A stretch of DNA of 64,000 bases, taken from NCBI GenBank assembly GCA_050950765.1, contig JBMNIF010000001.1, positions 96,001 through 160,000 of the forward strand, read 5' to 3'. Under the pieces are notes generated by a model. It did not search any database. It saw nothing but the letters and a program-made list of their open reading frames with translations, and was not told where the DNA came from. Positions 60,465 to 64,000 of this stretch are shown piece by piece (the stretch's first letter is position 1; every line of letters starts with the position of its first letter). Source of the DNA: Bdellovibrionota bacterium. GTDB lineage: Bacteria; Bdellovibrionota_C; UBA2361; JAAYZI01. The translations under genes were made by a program, and so were the position numbers.

Positions 60465-61427
60465 TTATTCTTTAATATCTTCTTTTTTTAGTGCTTCTGC
60501 TACTTGCAAAATAGTATCAACATAAGCGGGACTTTTATTGTATTTCCAAAGGGTCTGTTTCTTTTCAGCTTGTGTCGACTCATCCCGCCAGCCATAACTG
60601 GAAAGAAAGTGTGCCGTTGAAGCAATAGCATCTTCAGGGGTAAAGAGTGAGATTATACCATCGTTATTCCCATCAATGCCAAACTTTAAAAAGGAAGAGG
60701 GTAAAAATTGTGTATATCCGAAAGCTCCTGCAAAAGATCCTTTTATCTCAAAAACGTCAGAATTAGTGGCATGAGCAATTTTAAAAATAGCTAATATTTC
60801 AGGATAAAATGTTTCCACTAAATACGCCGCTCTATCTGCTACTTTTTGACGTGTCAGAGTTGGATCTGTTTGTTTTAAGCGCTTAAAATTATTAGTTACA
60901 TTGTTTGGATCATCGATATTTGCCAAACGTATTAAACGTTCAAAGATAACGGATCCGCCCGTAACTTTTCCGCAAAGTGTTTCTACAAGCATGATGGCTG
61001 CAAGGATATGGCGATCTACATTAAAATCACCTTCAGATTTTTTAAATCCGTCAGCGTAACGCTCTAAACAGGCTCGACCGGCTTTCAGTCGAGGCGGAGA
61101 TAAGAAGAGTTGATATTGAGCGTGACTCTCCTGCGGGTTTATCGCAAAATTTACATAAGTGAAGGGTTCGATAGAGTCTCTATTAAATACCGCTTTAACC
61201 TCATCTGGATCGATGCCGTCCGCAATTAGCCTTTTTGCTAAATTATCCCAACCTTTATATGCAGATGATGAAAGAGCTTCTGTTGTAGGAGTGGGAGTTG
61301 GAGTGGAGAGGATAAGATCTTCTGCAAAGCAGAGGGAGGGTGTTATAAAAAATAATAAAGAAACGGCTAGAAAGTTTATAAATATACCTTTTAAAAAAAC
61401 TATATGAGTACGTTGCGAAGTTATCAT
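60465..61427 (-). CDS. mltB: MltB-family lytic murein transglycosylase
   Basis: AIMLVET catalytic Glu, GSFAGAFGYTQFLPSS, DGNNDG EF-hand, DAIASTAHFL, YN. Confidence 0.9.
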   Translation of the reverse strand: MITSQRTHIVFLKGIFINFLAVSLLFFITPSLCFAEDLILSTPTPTPTTEALSSSAYKGWDNLAKRLIADGIDPDEVKAVFNRDSIEPFTYVNFAINPQESHAQYQLFLSPPRLKAGRACLERYADGFKKSEGDFNVDRHILAAIMLVETLCGKVTGGSVIFERLIRLANIDDPNNVTNNFKRLKQTDPTLTRQKVADRAAYLVETFYPEILAIFKIAHATNSDVFEIKGSFAGAFGYTQFLPSSFLKFGIDGNNDGIISLFTPEDAIASTAHFLSSYGWRDESTQAEKKQTLWKYNKSPAYVDTILQVAEALKKEDIKE

Positions 61428-61466
61428 AAACTGTTTGATCTTCTCTGTTGTTCTCTTTGCAAAAGG

Positions 61467-62483
61467 CTATTTTGCTAAGCTTTGTAAAAGTTCTCCCAGT
61501 ACACACTCTGGACTTAGAGATCTATTTTTCAACTTACTATCAGCTCGTAAAATTAACGCTACTTTTCTATGTAATTGTAAGGCAGAGTTTGTTTTTGCGA
61601 CAGCAAGATATTTATTAAAAACCCAAGTTGATTTTTGATTGAGTTGGGTTTGGGCTGCTTCGGGAGAGAAGCCTTTATCTAAAATCATTCTAATGAGTAG
61701 CGATTGTAGGTACGATTTAAATATCATGGCTACTAACAGGAACGGATTTTTTCCGCTGTTAAGTAATTGTTGTAAAAGAACCTCAGCATCTAAGGTGCGT
61801 TTTTGTTGAAGTGCGTCTATTAGATCAAACTCCCCTGGATCTGGAACCTCACGAAAAACAGCAAAAAAATCTTTTTCGGTGACGGTGTCCGCGCTAACAT
61901 AAAGAGCTAGTTTTTCGATAATAGCCTCTGCCTCATCAAGGGATTCTTGGGATTGTGTAGTGATTAAATTTAAAAGCTGCGAGGAACATTTTGTTATACC
62001 ACGCGCTTCAAACTCTTTTTGAATCCATTTTTTGGTATCTGCTGGGGATAGTTGTGGTAGTTCTATGCACCTATTTTTTGTTGAAAGGAATTTAAATAAT
62101 TTTGATGTTTTCGGAAGTTTTTGGAGGGTGATAATCAATAAGATATCACACAGGTCACCCTTTAAGATCTCCAGAAATTGTTCGGAGAGGGCTGCATTTA
62201 ATCTATCTGCATTGTTAATAATGACACACCGTTTTTTGGAGAATAAAGAGAGGGTTTGCAGCGAATCAGAAAACGCTTGAAGTGTTTTTGTAGACCAATC
62301 AGCGGCATCTTGCGTCTCCACCGCATTTTTAGAGGGCAACTCTTTAGGGGAGACCTCAAGGAAAGAGGAGATCAGTTTTTCTGCTAGTCTCTCTCTTCTG
62401 ATATTATCAGAAGATAAGATAAGAACAGCTCCAGATTCTTTTGAAAGAGCTTCAATCTGTTGTTTTGTTTGAAGTTGAGCCAT
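61467..62483 (-). CDS. holA: DNA polymerase III subunit delta
   Basis: TLSLFS, EKLALY, FDLIDAL, ADSKLK pattern; 338 aa. Confidence 0.85.
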   Translation of the reverse strand: MAQLQTKQQIEALSKESGAVLILSSDNIRRERLAEKLISSFLEVSPKELPSKNAVETQDAADWSTKTLQAFSDSLQTLSLFSKKRCVIINNADRLNAALSEQFLEILKGDLCDILLIITLQKLPKTSKLFKFLSTKNRCIELPQLSPADTKKWIQKEFEARGITKCSSQLLNLITTQSQESLDEAEAIIEKLALYVSADTVTEKDFFAVFREVPDPGEFDLIDALQQKRTLDAEVLLQQLLNSGKNPFLLVAMIFKSYLQSLLIRMILDKGFSPEAAQTQLNQKSTWVFNKYLAVAKTNSALQLHRKVALILRADSKLKNRSLSPECVLGELLQSLAK

Positions 62484-62574
62484 TTTTGGTGCTTATCTCG
62501 TTGTATTACAGTGTCAAGCTTTTCTCTGTATTACAATCTCTTAAAGCTGAATTGAGATCTCAAGGTGAAAAATG

Positions 62575-62647
<73 letters not shown>

Positions 62648-62804
62648 ATAGCGCATCCCTTAGCTTTGCCAGATTTTTTGCTGATAAAAGCAAACAATAC
62701 TGTGGCATTGCTTAAAAGAAAGCCGCTGGATGTGATTGTTATCATGAAGAAAAATCAATTACAAGGGGTTTGAGATGAATAAGCAACGCTTTACATAAAA
62801 ATAA

Positions 62805-63617
62805 CTAACGCCTATTTCTCCTGCGTTTCTTTATAGTTGAGTTCAGAGTTAATCCGGAAATGGTGTCATGAAAAGAATTTTTACCAATGAGAGGTGCAAT
62901 CCAGCTACCGAGACATAGAGAAGGGAAAAAAAGGACGCTACGAGTAAAAACGGCATACTTTGAGGGTTTAGATCCATCGCTACCGATAATATTATATCTA
63001 AAGATCTTTCCGCCCAAAGTGTTGTCGAATAGTAGTGTTGTAAGTAATGGATAGAAGATAGTAAAGAAAAGAAAGGTAAGCCAGAGATATGATAACGCTA
63101 AAAATAAGAGGGGGTCGTTAGTGTTTTTTGCAGAAAAAATAGGGATGCCTTCTACCAAAGTAAGAAGAGCTCCTCCGCCAATAAGGCTAAACAGGAGTAC
63201 TAAGGTGCTATCTATTAAAAATGCACAGAAACGGTGCATTGTTCGTGGCTTTTGAGGAGAAAACCGAGAAGGAGTCACGGGATTAGTTGGAAGTTCTTCT
63301 CTACGAAGCTCTGAAATCTTTTGTGCTTGTAAACTTTTTGAAAGAGCCTCTTCTGTTTGTTTTAATTGAGTTTTGATGATCTTGCTTTCAAGCTCTGTTG
63401 TTGCACCTTGCGGTACATCTTTAACGTACTTTGCCTGTGCAGTTGGGTCTTCCAATGATTCTAAAGCTAAATCAAATAGTATAGTTATTTTTTCATGCTC
63501 TAAACTTTGCTGAAATGTAATAGGAGCACACTCAAAAGAGGTTTCAGCGATGTTGTCTAGCGCTACGAAAGCCTCTTCAAAGAGGCTTTCGATTTCTAGC
63601 TTTTCAGAATCTTCCAT
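62805..63617 (-). CDS. RDD family membrane protein
   Basis: RFCAFLID, TLGGKIF, HDTIS motifs with TM helices. Confidence 0.85.
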   Translation of the reverse strand: MEDSEKLEIESLFEEAFVALDNIAETSFECAPITFQQSLEHEKITILFDLALESLEDPTAQAKYVKDVPQGATTELESKIIKTQLKQTEEALSKSLQAQKISELRREELPTNPVTPSRFSPQKPRTMHRFCAFLIDSTLVLLFSLIGGGALLTLVEGIPIFSAKNTNDPLLFLALSYLWLTFLFFTIFYPLLTTLLFDNTLGGKIFRYNIIGSDGSKPSKYAVFTRSVLFFPSLCLGSWIAPLIGKNSFHDTISGLTLNSTIKKRRRNRR

Positions 63618-63667
63618 ATATTAAATTTCTAATAAAATCAGTGTATTATTATGCAATACGACTAACG

Positions 63668-64000
63668 TTAATATGAAGTCGGTTGCCTTTCTTGGTCGCA
63701 ATTTGCAACACATCTTGTGTATTGAGCGACAAGCCCGCCACAATCCTGATAACACTCTCTGTAATCTTCTTCGCAACTATCAAAATCCGGACTTGAACAA
63801 TAGTTACTGGGGCAGTGACAATTCGCTATGCAACGCCAATCCCTGTCTTTTTCATCCCAAACAAGGTGTTTTCTCGCTTCGCAATCTCTCCTAATTCTTT
63901 GAGAGCGGTATTGGCAGGAATCATAAGAGCGTCTCTCTCTAGATCTACACTCTTCCCGTACTAAACGGCACGTCGTTATGCACTGTTTTCCAGAGTCGCT
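63668..64000 (-). CDS. Partial (5'-truncated) cysteine-rich protein, absent from the ORF track
   Basis: Open frame from window edge: SDSGKQCITTCRLVREEC...CEEDYRECYQDCGGLVAQYTRCVANCDQERQPTSY*. Confidence 0.75.
   Translation of the reverse strand, partial: SDSGKQCITTCRLVREECRSRERRSYDSCQYRSQRIRRDCEARKHLVWDEKDRDWRCIANCHCPSNYCSSPDFDSCEEDYRECYQDCGGLVAQYTRCVANCDQERQPTSY

Noticed and set aside
81..61638. Numerous 60-165 aa ORFs overlapping longer genes (e.g. 12484-12837, 20019-20459, 45262-45759)
   Set aside because: Antisense or alternate-frame shadows of well-supported genes, without motifs or RBS

Overview
AT-rich (roughly 35-40% GC by eye) chromosomal segment of a diderm bacterium (lpxL, MltB, lipoproteins). 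The gene style suggests a Bdellovibrionota/Deltaproteobacteria-like lineage, which is inference only. Housekeeping genes include argF, lpxL, trmB, metK, a lone nuoB, holA-mltB-tmk-holB-tRNA-binding protein-tatD, and four tRNAs (Leu-TAA, Glu-CTC, Gln-CTG, Phe-GAA). Accessory features: (i) a peptidase / 7TM-transglutaminase / ATP-grasp operon; (ii) an island-like stretch after tRNA-Leu with two genes sharing an unnamed domain, one a macrodomain gene cleanly split by a 1,565-bp IS1634-like element (6-bp TSD), plus a decayed AbiEi/AbiEii pair; (iii) an 1,849-aa secreted metzincin-like protein with a very Cys-rich, Pro/Thr-stalked C-terminal half; (iv) a solitary N6-adenine methyltransferase; (v) a Tad/Flp pilus operon ending in a PilB-N-terminus/receiver fusion and a hybrid kinase. 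The most unusual unexplained signal is a non-coding six-unit tandem array (73-83 bp units, two hairpins with compensatory changes) starting right at the 3' end of tRNA-Glu; it is not a CRISPR array. A perfect 37-bp direct repeat pair at 46.2 kb is also unexplained. All family calls come from motif recognition by eye; no searches were run.
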